This document shows positions 9,525 through 22,459 of a DNA stretch of 64,000 bases, in pieces (within the stretch, counting starts at the first letter, position 1; each line of letters begins with the position of its first letter). The notes beneath the pieces were generated by a model. It worked only from the letters and a program-made list of their open reading frames with translations. It made no database searches and had not been told where the DNA came from. The position numbers and the translations under genes were made by a program. Source of the stretch: Lingula anatina (Eukaryota > Animalia > Brachiopoda); assembly GCA_051362555.1 (NCBI GenBank), contig CM120642.1, positions 5,580,001-5,644,000 on the forward strand, given 5' to 3'.

Positions 9525-12500
9525 GCCTCTTTCGGCCGAGAACGATCGTTTATCAACAATAAAAGTCAGCCGAAACACAAACAAAGTTTGTTTTTGAACT
9601 TTATTGATTAGTTTAACTTCAATTCAACTTCAAAGTAACAGTTAAACATTAGCTTGTCGTGGAACACTACTGAGGGACGTCTAGCGGTCAAAAACATAAA
9701 CAAACACGCGATCGGCTGGGTAAAGTAGAAATTTTATTTTTTATTTTAATATTCCATAAATGTCAGTGCTATTCAAAGATATTATAACACAATATCTTGA
9801 AGGAGGTATGTTCTTTCCAAATTTTTGTTGTTTATGCTCTCATTTACCGAGTTTTAGTTGAGCTTGCCGACTTAAGTCTCCTCCCGAGGAGGCTTGACAT
9901 CGTCGACTTACAGCTAAGAAAAAAACGACGTAAGCGACCTTTTAGATTCTTTGTGAAACGGGACTTAGTGACGTAACGACTTAATTACGTTGGTAACCAA
10001 GCCCTAAGTCAGAGAACCCGACTTAAGTTTTTTTGTGAAACGGGGACAGGGCCCAGTTTTATAAAGGACATTTAGCACTAACCAGTGGATAAGCCTAACC
10101 AGTGGATAAATTCTCTAAACACTGGTTAACTAAACGGAGGTTAAAATTGTGTTTTATAAACAATGTTTAAACAGCCGGTTAGTTTTAAAGTGCAAGTTTT
10201 TCTAACCACCAGGCAAATCAGCCAAAAAGCGGCAAGGTGGGGTTCTCACAGAATACACTCATTTTACCCACAGTTAATCACCTTTGTGACCTTAATTTAA
10301 CTGTAAAATATTAAAGCTTTCCGTTGCGTTATTGTCGAGATACAGCCACATGCATATTGCACTGCCTCGTGTGGCTCCCGTCTCAATTTTCAGCTGTGTG
10401 AGTGGTGTATTTTTCACATAAGTTTGCTTCACAAATGTGCATCAAGTGATCAATACATTACTTCGGTCAATACCACAATTGAAAGATGGATATATAATCT
10501 TTATAACGACAGAGATTTTTAAAATCATAAATCCGTTGCTATGGTTACAAACTACCGAGGTTATTTGAGGTCACTTGATGACTGCCGCAGATACCCACCC
10601 TGTCAATAGCCTTATATCTCCACTAGTAGAGCACCTTAGATAATATCACTGATATTTACTGAAAATATGGACAAGGGGCCTACCATAAATTAAAACACTG
10701 GCGTGGCCTTTTCCCTACAAATTTTGCAACAGCGACGCAAATTCTTCTATTTTCTGGCTACATTATCGTAAAACATTTTTGCTTCCCACAGTTTCGATTT
10801 GCATTCAAGAATGTTTAAGTTAATTTCAACGTTAGTTAGGGACTAATTAACTGAAATAGTCTTCTGTAGTTTTTATTTATTGATTCCTGGATATTAAGTA
10901 TATGCTAAGTTCAAATACGGGGGTAAACATGCATTCGAAACTAAATTCGTGTAGGCGGCCATGACAGTTTCAAGTAGCAGTGGTGGAAAACGTGCGATGA
11001 ATGCACTGCAGATTTTCCGAATTTCAAGCAGCAAAGCGCATACTTTGTTGTTCTGTAGACCTTTACAAAGACGGAAAGGTTGTGCGATACTCAGGAGATC
11101 CGACTAAGATGATTGGGGTCACCTCCCGATGCTAAAAGTTACATGCAGAGTGAGAGACTTATGAGAGGCAGTGTCATCATCAGAGGAAATGGAGAGTGAG
11201 CTCGACTCAGTCGTGTGTCCAGCGCATCGTCACATGCTGTGGATCCTTTGGGGAGCTGCAAGAACACGTCAACTACTTCTTCGGACCAAGTTATTATTGT
11301 AGGACTTTCCTTGGTCGGACCAAGCGGGAGCTTTCATGCACAGTGTATCCAAATTTTTATCAAGACGAAGCCAAGATATTCAGTTCGTTGGGCCCAGGTA
11401 ATTAAAAAGGTGACATTCGTCACATTTTTATAATTAATTAACACACCGAATTCATATACAGACAGAAGGTTGATAATGGTATGATACCTGTGTTGTTTGA
11501 ATTAAATATGCATAGTAATTAGACAAGTGAAGCTAAGTCATCATCTAATTTCTAAATACTGCTATCTCTGACCCTCAGAACCACAGCAAATTTGTTATTA
11601 CGTAAAGTGAAAAGAGCTTATGTTTTGTACTGTACATGTTAGCAGTGTAAACTTTTTGTTTGTATGAGCAACAAGTTACAGAACCCTCACAAATAAAAAA
11701 TACTGCTTTTGTAGATTATTGCTAGTGATTAAAAGAGTAAAAATCATATCACAATTACATGAATAATATTTTGTATATTATATATATATATATGAAATAA
11801 AGCTTAGTTGTAGCCTAAAATGGGGTTTCATGTTAAATTTTGTTGGTTGAAAATTAAAACCATTTAGTAGATTAAAGAATACATTTTTGTTGTTATTTTA
11901 GCTAGAAGATGTTTGGAGACTGGTCAGAAAGAGCAGCCAGGAATCAGATATATGGCAAAGAAAATAAAGTGATTAATCCAAGCACCCGAAAAAGAAGTTT
12001 TGTGAAGAGGATTGACTTACTGCCCAACAGACTAAAATGTATTTTTGATGTTTATCTACTTTGAACAAGTATTTGTATCTACAGTGGAAGGACACCAATG
12101 ACCTGACAGATAGCTAATGTCAGCCATGATTATCCAAGCAAGTAGCAAGGAGATCCCCCATAAGGAAGTACATTCATTTATGGGAGCTCCATTAAATGAT
12201 GAAAACTAACACTTTTCGCTGACCTTTTTTAACAAGGAGCTTTTCAGACATGAATTTTTGCCCCAGAAACGTGTCCCGGACCTCTGGCCGCTTAGGTGTT
12301 GAGTCCCATGATAAATGTTCAGAGTTCTTTTTTTTTTTTTGAAACCTAGGATCATGTCTGCTTTTTTCTGTTTCATTTTACTGAAGATATCCGTGAATGC
12401 TACCTTTAAATGGGATAAAATCTTACTGAGATATTGATATTGAATATCATATTTTCATTCCTTGGAGCAAAAGATCAGTTTGACTTAAGTTATATATTTG

Positions 12501-15500
12501 AAAGCAGCAATATATGTTCCTGGTCCTGAGTAGTGCAAAATAATCCATGAATTACACCATTACATAAGTTCAACTTATTTCTTTATTCTCCTCAGGAAGG
12601 GGATTCAGTTGGATAATATAGATTTGCATTACTTTGATGTTTTTGTAGAATGAAAATCAAGTGAACTTTTTTTTAAACATTCACTTAAATCTGGAGTTAA
12701 AACTTTGTCGGTGTCTTATTCAGTTAAGGGTGACAGAAGTAGTCTTGAATGGCAGTTACAATGCCTTCCACCCATTTATTAAGTTATTGGTAATAAGTAT
12801 TTTCCAGTTTGAAGATTTGAATTGTTTGCTACACTTCCAGATGATTTGCTTATTTATACTTAAACTTTAAAGATCCAATAAAGAGATGATTATGCATTAT
12901 GAAACATTGTTGATTAATTAAAAGCTGTGTGTGTGATTGGTGCCCACTTGTGTCCAATAATTGTTGAAGTAGTAGATCAAAAGAAATGTTAAAGGAATAC
13001 AGTTTTCTTTATATGATTAAATGTAAGAAAAATGTGGGTTGTTTGTCGTTTTATTTTCTGATTAATTAAATTTATTAGACTAAAAATATTTTTAATTAAT
13101 TTTGTAAGCTATAGTATTACAGGGAATACCATATAAGTGTTGTGAGAAAGCCAAGTTAATAAGCTTTTTGGTGATATAAAGCACTTAAGTTGTTACTCAA
13201 AATTAATAAATTGAGCCGCGGCTGAATTTCAGATTTTGAATCTTCCGACTTTTTTAGGATGAAGATACATGTTTAGTCAGTGAATAAATCAAAATTATAC
13301 CAAAACACCAAGTTTAATAGATGTGGTTTTGTTCGGAAGAAAATTGGCTTTCAACTGATGTATAATGTTTGCTGTAATTATATTGTTTACAAATATCCTG
13401 TGGTAATTTGTCGTGGAGGTGTATCTGAAAATCGCCATTTTTATTGTCGATTCTTTGACTTGGATTCTTATGCCTCTATTCCATACATGTGGCAGAGAAA
13501 ATATATGTCTTCTATATAACTAAAAAGTCCGTTTCAAATGCTTTAAAATGATATGCTGTACAACATGTATCAAAAAGTATCGAGAGCCTGCTAAATGATT
13601 TGAAACAAGTAGAAAAAAATGTTGCAAATGTTGACCCCCTTTCGGCGACGTGGTGACCTCGATCAGCTGATGACTGCATTTAAAAATATGCATAAGTTTC
13701 ATTAACTTTATCTTGTAGGTTTTTTTAAAATAATAATGGATTGGGAGCATTCAGTGATGATTATGTCTTATCATCTACTTTCGAATGATTTTAGATATTT
13801 AAACAGTATTTTAACTAATTTAAAAGGCTCGGTTTATCCATTTAAATAAAGGATATCCAGTTCAAATAATGAGGTAATCATCACTGATGGAAAAAACAAA
13901 TGACTTAAATTGTTTTAAATACCAAAAAAAGACCTACTAGTAATGTGTGAGTTAGTAAAAGGTTGTAAATATTGGCATTTTGGATAGTATTCCACTTATG
14001 GCTTTCCTTACATAACATTGTACTTATTACAAAGTTACAGAGTAAGTTCTAATTTAGAGTAAACTGACACTTGCTTAGGTTGCTTTTGATCATAACAATT
14101 ATAGCTGTTTTCTTGCTACTGTTTCATTTTAAAATTGATTCATACTGCAAAATATAATTCCTGCATAGTCCCATCTACTTGCTGCAGTGTTAAGATAAGG
14201 GAAAATAAAACCAGTATTTACCATAATTTTAATTAAAATTTAAAAAAAACCTTCTTGCCAAAGAAATAAGTGTATTTCATTATTTAAGTTCCTCATAGAA
14301 TACAAATGTTTAGTCTTGTTACAATAATAATGAATATAAAATGATTATTTATTTCATCATAAATAATAACAGTAATAATAACTGAAAGTTTAAATGCATA
14401 TCATTTTTTTCTGTATTTTCTCCTTTATGATGCACTCAAACATACATTCACCCACAAACAAGATTTTGTCTCTTTCCATCATATATTGCTCATAAGGAAT
14501 TATTTTGGGTTTTGTTTTGGATAAAGAAGTATTTTGTATTTCTTATCACAATTGTTATGGCTGAAACTAAAATTGCATGCACTGTACAGTGAATTTCCTT
14601 CTATTTTCAGGAAACTGGTTTGTTTAATTTGAGTAAACAAATAGAAACATCTTATAATTCGCAATGAAATATATTTTAACCGTGGCTTGTACTTTTTAGT
14701 CACAAAACAGATTTTCTTTTCTTTTTTTTTTCTTAAGTCAGTTTTAGGGATAATCATTGCCTTTCACTTTTTATTTTAATTTTTTGTGAGTTATCATGGA
14801 TGTTTGTGTAACTTTCTATGATTTAAGTGTGCAATGTCAAGGTTCATACATGAACACTAATAACAAATTCAAGGATTTAATAAGAATTTTGAGACTAATT
14901 CAATTGCTTTTCAATGACTCTTTTAATGCAAATGAGGGCAATGTAAAGTCACTCATAAGTTTCTATAACAAAGAAAAGAGGAAGTAATATATCATTTGAA
15001 TTAAATTTTATACAGGGTGGTGATGAAACATTAAAAATAGAAATTAAATAATGTCCAAAAAGGAATGTCTCCCCTTCCTGTGAATTACTGCCTTTATGCA
15101 TCCAGGTTAAAAACTAAATTCAAGCACTTTTCAAGGTTCAAAATGATTGAATACACCTAAAATGAAATAATTTTGGGTGTACCCAGCAACAGATTCATAT
15201 TTCATAATGTATACTGTGTCACCCACACACATTTTATACACACACACTACATGAATCTTTGTCAAGTTTTTGTAAGTCTCAGCTGCAGTGAAATAAAACA
15301 AGAACATGGGCACTTGTAAAGAATTTACATCTCATATGACAACTGTTGGTGAAAAAATCCAGAAGGAAAAAATATTTTTAGTATTCAGTGAGTGTAAATT
15401 AGTAGATATGATATGAAACAAAAAATACCTGAAATTATTGAAAATGTGACTGAGTAATCATTGAGTAATATTATTATTATTATTATTATTATTATGTTTT

Positions 15501-15659
15501 TTATTTATTTACAAAATCCTTTATTATCATTTTTTTACTGCTTATACTAGCCAACCTGTAGGTACATGCACATGTTCATTTGTACCAGTACAATGTGCAT
15601 TTCATACTGACATGAAACAAAAATACTCACTCTTTATGGTAACAACAAAGGTATACACA

Positions 15660-16491
15660 AAATCTTTGGATTTTCAGATGCTAGTGATTATATGCATGTG
15701 GTGCCTATTTGGTACGTTGTCAATCTGACATTTGTCACAAAATGTGGTCAGATGAAGAAAAGGAGAAAAGTTCCACATGGAGGGAGTGGAAAGCAATTGC
15801 AATTGCATTACAAGCTTTTATTAAAGTTATAAAAAGAAGTAAAATAGGTTGGTACACAGATAATCAAAATGTCGTGAGGATTGTACAGGCAGGATCTATG
15901 AAACGTGATCTACAAAATTTAGCTTTACAAATATATCATTTATGTACATGTCATGAAATCAGTTTGACAGTAAACTGGATACCTAGATCAAAAAATGAAA
16001 AAGCAGATTATATCAGCAAATTGGTAGACATAGACGACTGGGAGGTAGAATCTTCTTTTTTCGAATTTTTGGATAAAAAATGGGGACCTCACACTGTAGA
16101 TAGATTTGCGAATTTTGAAAATACAAAGACAAACCGTTTTAATTCAAGATTTTGGAATTCAAATACAGAGGCAACAGACGCATTTTTACAAACTTGGCAG
16201 CATGAGAATAATTGGATAGTTCCACCTGTAGGTTTTGTACCAAAGGCAATAAACCATTTATTAAATTGTAAAGCAAAAGGCACTTTAGTCGTTCCAAGTT
16301 GGAAGTCGGCTGCATTTTGGCCAATGATATTTGACAGAGATATGAAGTGGAAAATGTACATAAAAGATGTTCTTATTTTAGGTAACAAGGGTATTTTTAA
16401 GCAAGGGAAAAATAAGCAATCTTACATAGGGTCGCAGAAATTTAAGGATAAAGTTTTGGCAGTCAGGATTGATGGGGAGACAGGATTTTAA
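15660..16491 (+). pseudogene. DIRS-type RNase H + Dam-like methyltransferase domain (pol C-terminus)
   Basis: FSDAS (frameshifted, ~15680), SSTWRE, YTDNQNV, WIPRSKNEKADYISK; MT-like WGPHTVDRFA, DAFLQTW, WIVPP, GTLVVPSW. Confidence 0.88.
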
Positions 16492-17455
16492 TACAAGAAT
16501 ATTTTCTAAAAACGAAGGTTATATTTCAAAGGCGTGATGGGATGGTGTATTTTTATGAAGGTTGCCAGTCAGGATTGACACTGCAACAAACATTATACAG
16601 AATTGAAATTTATATGTTGAAGGTGTGATGGAATGACGGCGTACTTTTATGAAGGTTGCAAGTCAGGATTGACACTGCAACAAACATTATACAGAATTAA
16701 AAATTTATATGTAGAAGGTGTGATGGAATGACGGTGTATTTTTATGAAGGTTGCAAGTCAGGATTGACACTGCAACAAACATTATACAGAATTAAAAATT
16801 TATATGTAGAAGGTGTGATGGAATGACGGTGTATTTTTATGAAGGTTGCAAGTCAGGATTGACACTGCAACAAATATTACACAGAAATAAAAAATATATA
16901 TTTGAAAGTTTTATGGCATGTTGGTGTATTTTTATGAAGGTTGCCAGTCAGGATTGACAATGCAACACATGTTAAAAAGAATTGAAATATATATTTGAAA
17001 GTTGTTACGGCATGAAGATGTATTTTATATAAATTGACAGTCAGGATTGACACTGCGACAAATGGTATACAAAACTGAAATTTATATTGGGAAAAAACTT
17101 GATGGAATGAAGGTATAATTTAGGAAGGTTACTAGTCAGGATTGACACTGCAACAAATGTTATACAGAGTTGAAATTTATAATTGAAAAGCGTTATGGGA
17201 TGAAGGTATATTTTATAAAGGTTTATAGTCCGGATTAACACTGCAACAATTGTTATACAGAATTGAAAAGTTCAATTGAAAAGTATGATGAGATAAAGGT
17301 GAATTATGATATAGTTTTGCTAGTCAGGATTGACGATGCAACAAATATTATACAACATTAAATGAAATCCATATATTTGAAAAGTCTGGTGGCATGAAGG
17401 TGTGTTATTATGAAAGTTGATAATCAGGATGGACAGTGTACAAAATGTCTATACA
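16461..17455 (+). repeat. ~95-bp minisatellite, about 11 units
   Basis: Core AGTCAGGATTGACACTGCAACAAA (or variants) at 16461, 16567, 16661, 16756, 16851, 16946, 17039, 17134, 17227, 17322, 17422. Confidence 0.95.
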
Positions 17456-17801
17456 TAATCGTATTGATTAATTTTGTTTCATGATTGTCAAATACAATAT
17501 TAGCTGGTAAAAGTACAAACTAAGCTATGGTACAGATATATAGAATTTGCCAAGTTGGCACAACAATTTAAAAAAAAATGGCAATGAAAGCATTTTTAAT
17601 TGTTTACTCTTAACGATGGTTAAGAGTTAATGGATAATTCAGTCTTTTTTGTTAAAAGAGAAAATATAGGATTGTCTGGATTGGCTTTTGAAAACAGTAT
17701 AATGCATGAAAAGAACATTTGAAATGTTTTAAAAATGGGCTTTTATATTAGTAAACATAAACTGGTGTGTTTTCATCAAAATACTTTATTTGTATTTACA
17801 G

Positions 17802-20780
17802 GTATTCCAATCTGGAGTTTGGACGGAATTAAAGGATTTCAATAATGCAACTTTACGAAGATTGAGTAAAGAATTACCAAGTATTGTATTGAAATCTAGA
17901 GCAGATAATACGGTGAAAAAGTATACTTATATATTTCAAAAGTGGAAGAATTGGGCAGGGAAATTTACAGAGATTAACATATTCCCGGCATCCACAAATC
18001 ACATTGCACTATATATGTTAAGTTTAATTCAACAAGAGAGTAAACCAGGAGCAATACAGGATGTGAAATATGCTTTAAAATGGGTTCATGATATTGCTGG
18101 AATAACACGAAATCCTTGCGATAACGCTTTGATTAGTAATATTGTGGAAGCAGCAAAAAGACTGTCATGTAACAGAACAATAAAAAAGGAAATAGTAACC
18201 AGTGACATGCTTAACCCTCAATCACCTTTCAGGGGCCTCGCAGGCCCGGACCCATGTATCTTTTGCTCTCTCTTCGTTCGCATGAGGTTTTGAGCCTGTT
18301 CCTTTCATGTAATCCTCAAGCAACTTATACCCCATCAATGGATAAATAATTAGTTTTGAAATAATTTACAACATATGTAGAAATTAACTTTTCCAAAAGT
18401 TAGTCCCATTTCCTGGAAACCGGGCCTCTGAGGCCCGGTCGCTTGATAATTTTACTTCCACATGGGATAAATAAGTCCATGTTACCTCAAATAGCTTTGC
18501 TATAAAATGTTTTACACAAGCAATATCATGTGTGCTATGACTATCAGTATGGTCAATGAAATCTGCCTGTGAAAGATTCAAGACCTGGAGAAATTATTAT
18601 TTATGAGTAATCGGTCACCTGATATGCAGATATCAGTTTAAATCTATCATTATTACATACCTGATAGACTGCGCTACATTTGCGAAACTTTCCATTTTGA
18701 GAAAAAAAAATGTTTTTCTGCATTTTCCATACACAGTGTATACTCATGCACCCAGGTGGAGGTAAAGGGAGCAAGGGACTGGTGTAACATGAAAATCTGA
18801 CTCCCCCAGTCAGATTTTCATGATGAAAATCCGACTCCCCATGAAAATTTGACTCCCCCACCACAAATGTTCATAAATCTTATTTTATTTGAGTATATGA
18901 CTGTGATATTGTAGTATGTAAAATGGAGGATACTTTGGCACTTTTTTTTAAGTTTGCAGGTGAATATTTTCATGAAAAAAATATGAAAATTAAAAATGTG
19001 CACTTAACCACCCATTGTCTCCCCTTTGAAAAAGCTATTTATTTGATATTGGATGATCATTTCTACATCTTTCCTTTAAATTTACTTTATGAAGATTATA
19101 TTGGAAATATTTGAAAGTTTGATGGTAAACTATTGGGTGAAAAAACTAAAAAAAACATGAAAAATAGAAAATTTAAAATGTGCATTTTATCACCCAATAA
19201 CTCCCCTATGAAAAAGCTATTTATTTGATATTTGATGATCATTCTGACATATTTTCTATTAGGATACTTTATGAAAAATATATCAGAAATATTTAAAAGT
19301 TTGATGATAAAATAGTGAGTGAAAGAATGAAAAATAAATCATGAAAATCTTCATTTTTATACCCATGAGATTTGGATTCCCATAAAGAAAAGGACCTATT
19401 TTATATTCAGTCACCATACCATTGTTTTCTACATAGTTTGCACAGAGATGTACATTTTGTTATTATTTGAAAGTTTGGTGGTGAAAATTTTGGTGAATAT
19501 TTTTAAAACAAGTATTCATCTTACTACCTGTAGGTTTTGCACTTCCATGTCAAAATGCTACATTTTTAACTCAAGAAATTGGCCCCATCCCCTTTTTACT
19601 GAATTCTTTGTATATAGCATACCCAGTATTTTACCATTCAAACTTTCAAATATTTCCAATATATTCTTCATTAAGTATCCTTAAAGAAAAGATGTCAGAA
19701 TGATCATCAAATATCAAATAGATAGCCTTTTCATAGGGGAGTCATTGGGTGTTAGAATACAAATCTTTAATTTTCTTATTTTTCATGTGTTTTTTATTAT
19801 TTTTTTCACCCAATTTTTTAACCATTAAACTTTCAAGTACTTTTAATATATTCCTCATAAAGTATCCTCAAAGAAAAGATGTTGAAATGGTCATCAAATG
19901 TCAAATAAATAGCTTTTTCATAGGGGAGTCCTTGGGTGGTAAAATACAAATCTTTAATTTTTTTTTTATTTTTTCATGAAAATTTTCACCTGCAAACTAA
20001 CAAAAAGTGCCAATGTGTCCTCCATTATGCATACTACAAGATCATAGTCATTTACTCAAATTAAATTAGATTTTTGAATGTTTTTTGATGGGAGTCAGAT
20101 TTTCATGGTACACCGGGCCTCTGAGGCCCGGTTTCAGGGTTTACGTAGGGTTCCATTTCCTTGTGGATGAGGGTTAATAAACTTGTTAATAGATTTGCAA
20201 AACCTAACGCCAGTTTGCCCGATTTGAGAGATGTCTGTATATGTTTATTATCATTTTCAGGATTTTTAAGATATAGCGAGGTATCCTCAATTAGAAGAAC
20301 AGATATTATATTCAAAAATTCATATTTTGAAGTTTTTATAGAAAAAAGCAAAACTGATATATACAGAGATGGCTCTAATGTTTTAATAGCCAGAACAGGT
20401 AAGACTTCATGCCCATATGTTTTCTTACAAAGATATCTTTAAGAGCCGCAGACATAGAAGAAGATTCAGAGAAGTATATTTTCAGATCGGTCAAGTATTT
20501 AAAGAAATCAGGAAAACATGTTTTAAGGGATACTGGAAAATTGTCGTATACACGTATGAGAGAAACAGTTTTACAAAAATTTGAAGAATTGGGTTTTGAT
20601 AAAAGTAAATTTGGTCTACATAGTCTACGAGCAGGTGGCGCATCAGCTGCAGCAAATTGCGGGATAAAAGAACGATTATTCAAAAAACATGGTCGCTGGA
20701 AATCGGATAAAGCAAAAGACGGTTATATTAAAGACAATATATTGCAAAGAATGAGTGTATCTTTAAACTTGGGTATTTGA
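17802..20780 (+). pseudogene. Tyrosine recombinase of the YR retrotransposon, interrupted and frameshifted
   Basis: Removing 18215-20177 restores ..TSDMLNKLVNRF..; motifs GFLRYSE, KSKTD, HSLRAGGA, HGRWKS, GY; frameshift near 20435; splice acceptor TTTACAG ending at 17801. Confidence 0.92.
18215..20173. mobile_element. piggyBac-type non-autonomous element
   Basis: TTAA on both sides (18211-18214, 20174-20177); CCCTCA...TGAGGG termini; subterminal CGGGCCTCTGAGGCCCGG palindromes; long internal inverted arms. Confidence 0.88.
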
Positions 20781-20944
20781 TATGCATTTACATTTTGTTT
20801 GTCGATATTGTAGGACAATGTGAATCCAGAGTGGATGTGGATTAATAATTATGTACGTATATAAGTAGATGAAATTGTATTTGTTTTTTCTTTTTTAGGA
20901 TAAAGTAATGATACACAGAGGAGGCCCGTTCTTTGTGGTCGAAG

Positions 20945-21555
20945 CAGGCAGAGGCACATCGACTCATTCCTATTTATAAATAAATGATTTGGTGTTTGAA
21001 GATGACGTGGTTTTATTCGTTGAGAGTTATTAGACGATAAATAATTTATATACGTTTAAGCGTAAGCGAATTAGAATATAAATGTATTTATCGTCGTTTA
21101 ACGGGTCAACGATGACGTGTCTTAGGAGAGAGGTCATTAGGAGGTACAGGGGGCGCTGTATTCAAAAGGTGAACAGATCACGTGAGGAAGGGAAACGATC
21201 ATTCGAAGTCGAGCTACGCTAATGTACAGACATTCCAGTTTATTCCAAATAAAAGTTTTTGTATAAAAACATTTGTATAAAGATGGGGTTTGATTATACG
21301 TTATAAAATTATCAGATTCATGTAAGTACGAACTATACCGGAATTGGAATTAGGCTATGCGGGAAATGTAACTGGTGACGGAGCAAAAGTTTGTATGTAA
21401 TATTGTATCGTCTGTACACAGGCAGAGGCACATCGACTCATTCCTATTTATAAATAAATGATTTGGTGTTTGAAGATGAAGTGGTTTTATTCGTTGAGAG
21501 TTATTAGACGATAAATAATTTATATACGTTTAAGCGTAAGCGAATTAGAATATAA
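20945..21555 (+). repeat. Split direct repeats (B1 20945-21081, presumed A2, B2 21419-21555)
   Basis: Two 137-bp copies (one mismatch seen) downstream of the YR ORF; the B1-A2-B2 layout of PAT/Ngaro elements. Confidence 0.9.
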
Positions 21556-21728
21556 CAATAATAACTTATTTGCTTTACTTGCTTATTTTAAAGGTAAAGT
21601 ACGAGGTAAAGTTCAGTTGTTGTATTATAATAATAGTTGAATTGTAGTAATTGTTAGTTTAACAATTTAAAGTAATTGTTTATATTGTAATAATAGGGGG
21701 GAGTTTTGTTCGCCAAAAGGGGGGAGAG

Positions 21729-22068
21729 TGTGACGATATAGTGCGTTAGATGAGATTATTTTATATTGCTAAGTGTTGTCCGGTGTGCAAGTTTGAATCT
21801 CTCCCGTGATTGGTAACCTAAAGGTAAAACTGTTCACTGTATAGTTGGTTCTGATTGGTAAACGTGTACTATCTGAACTTGTATATAAGGTCCGACTTGA
21901 AATAAATCGGTCTCTTTGTTGGGACTTTTGGCTCTAGCCTCTGTGTTCTTGGCTTTTTTGGTCCTCTTTGCGGCTCTCTTTGGCTCTTTACGGCTCTTAA
22001 CTCTGAGATACCAGTAAGTACATTGTTATTTGTACCTTCATAAGGCACTCGGCCGCGAAGGCGTAACA
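21729..22068 (+). mobile_element. 3' LTR of a Ty3/Gypsy-like retrotransposon with upstream polypurine tract
   Basis: TGTGACG...CGTAACA termini; purine tract AAAAGGGGGGAGAG directly upstream; ATTGG boxes, TATATAAG and AATAAA inside; family A sequence starts right after it. Confidence 0.8.
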
Positions 22069-22456
22069 GGAATCCCAGCTGGGGAATCCCACAAGAGGAA
22101 CCAAGTTCGATTTCTGAGCTCGCATGTCGGAGGAAGCACATTCAAAATGAGTGGATTTTCCGACAAAAACTTGTAAGAAAATATTGGAAAACGTCTTTCT
22201 GAATAATTTTTAATATATTTCAAGATAGTTTTATGTATAGATAAGCGTTTTATCGCTGCAAAGCACGGCAGTAAAATACGTCGATGCGGGTTCTTCATGG
22301 ACCAAACGTTACTTCCGGAAAGTTACGTGAAAAGTTACAAGAGTTTATAAGTCCGAGACTTACAAGAGTTTTGAGAATACCGTGTAAGTCTAAGATACAA
22401 ATTCACGTAAATAGTTACAAATTGTTGTAAATTACAAAGTTTTGAGAATACGGCCC
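22069..22456 (-). mobile_element. Family A Harbinger-type element end (second copy)
   Basis: Ends TTTTGAGAATACGGCCC followed by CAG; reverse-complement homology to 484-1123. Confidence 0.8.
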
Positions 22457-22459
22457 CAG

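Larger units (their letters stand above)
1379..10046. mobile_element. Harbinger-type MITE (D) interrupted by the ISL2EU element
   Basis: Ends CCCCGTTTCACAAAG / TTTGTGAAACGGGG; internal repeat GTTTCACAAAGAATCT mirrored by AGATTCTTTGTGAAAC; CAG on both flanks (1376-1378, 10047-10049). Confidence 0.7.
15650..21555 (+). mobile_element. 5'-truncated tyrosine-recombinase retrotransposon (DIRS order, PAT-like)
   Basis: RNase H, methyltransferase-like and tyrosine recombinase domains in that order, ending in split direct repeats; gag and RT absent. Confidence 0.88.

Noticed and set aside
16461-17455. CRISPR-like array
   Set aside because: Sequences between the conserved cores are homologous to each other rather than unique spacers; eukaryotic context and no cas genes.
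3108-20780. Phage or bacterial origin of the YqaJ, integrase and Dam-like ORFs
   Set aside because: All sit within recognisable eukaryotic transposon architectures with spliceosomal splice signals.
484-22456. 484-1123 and 22069-22456 as TIRs of a single 22-kb element
   Set aside because: The copies are clearly diverged and such an element would cross the boundary of Harbinger C (10050-29485); two independent insertions fit better.
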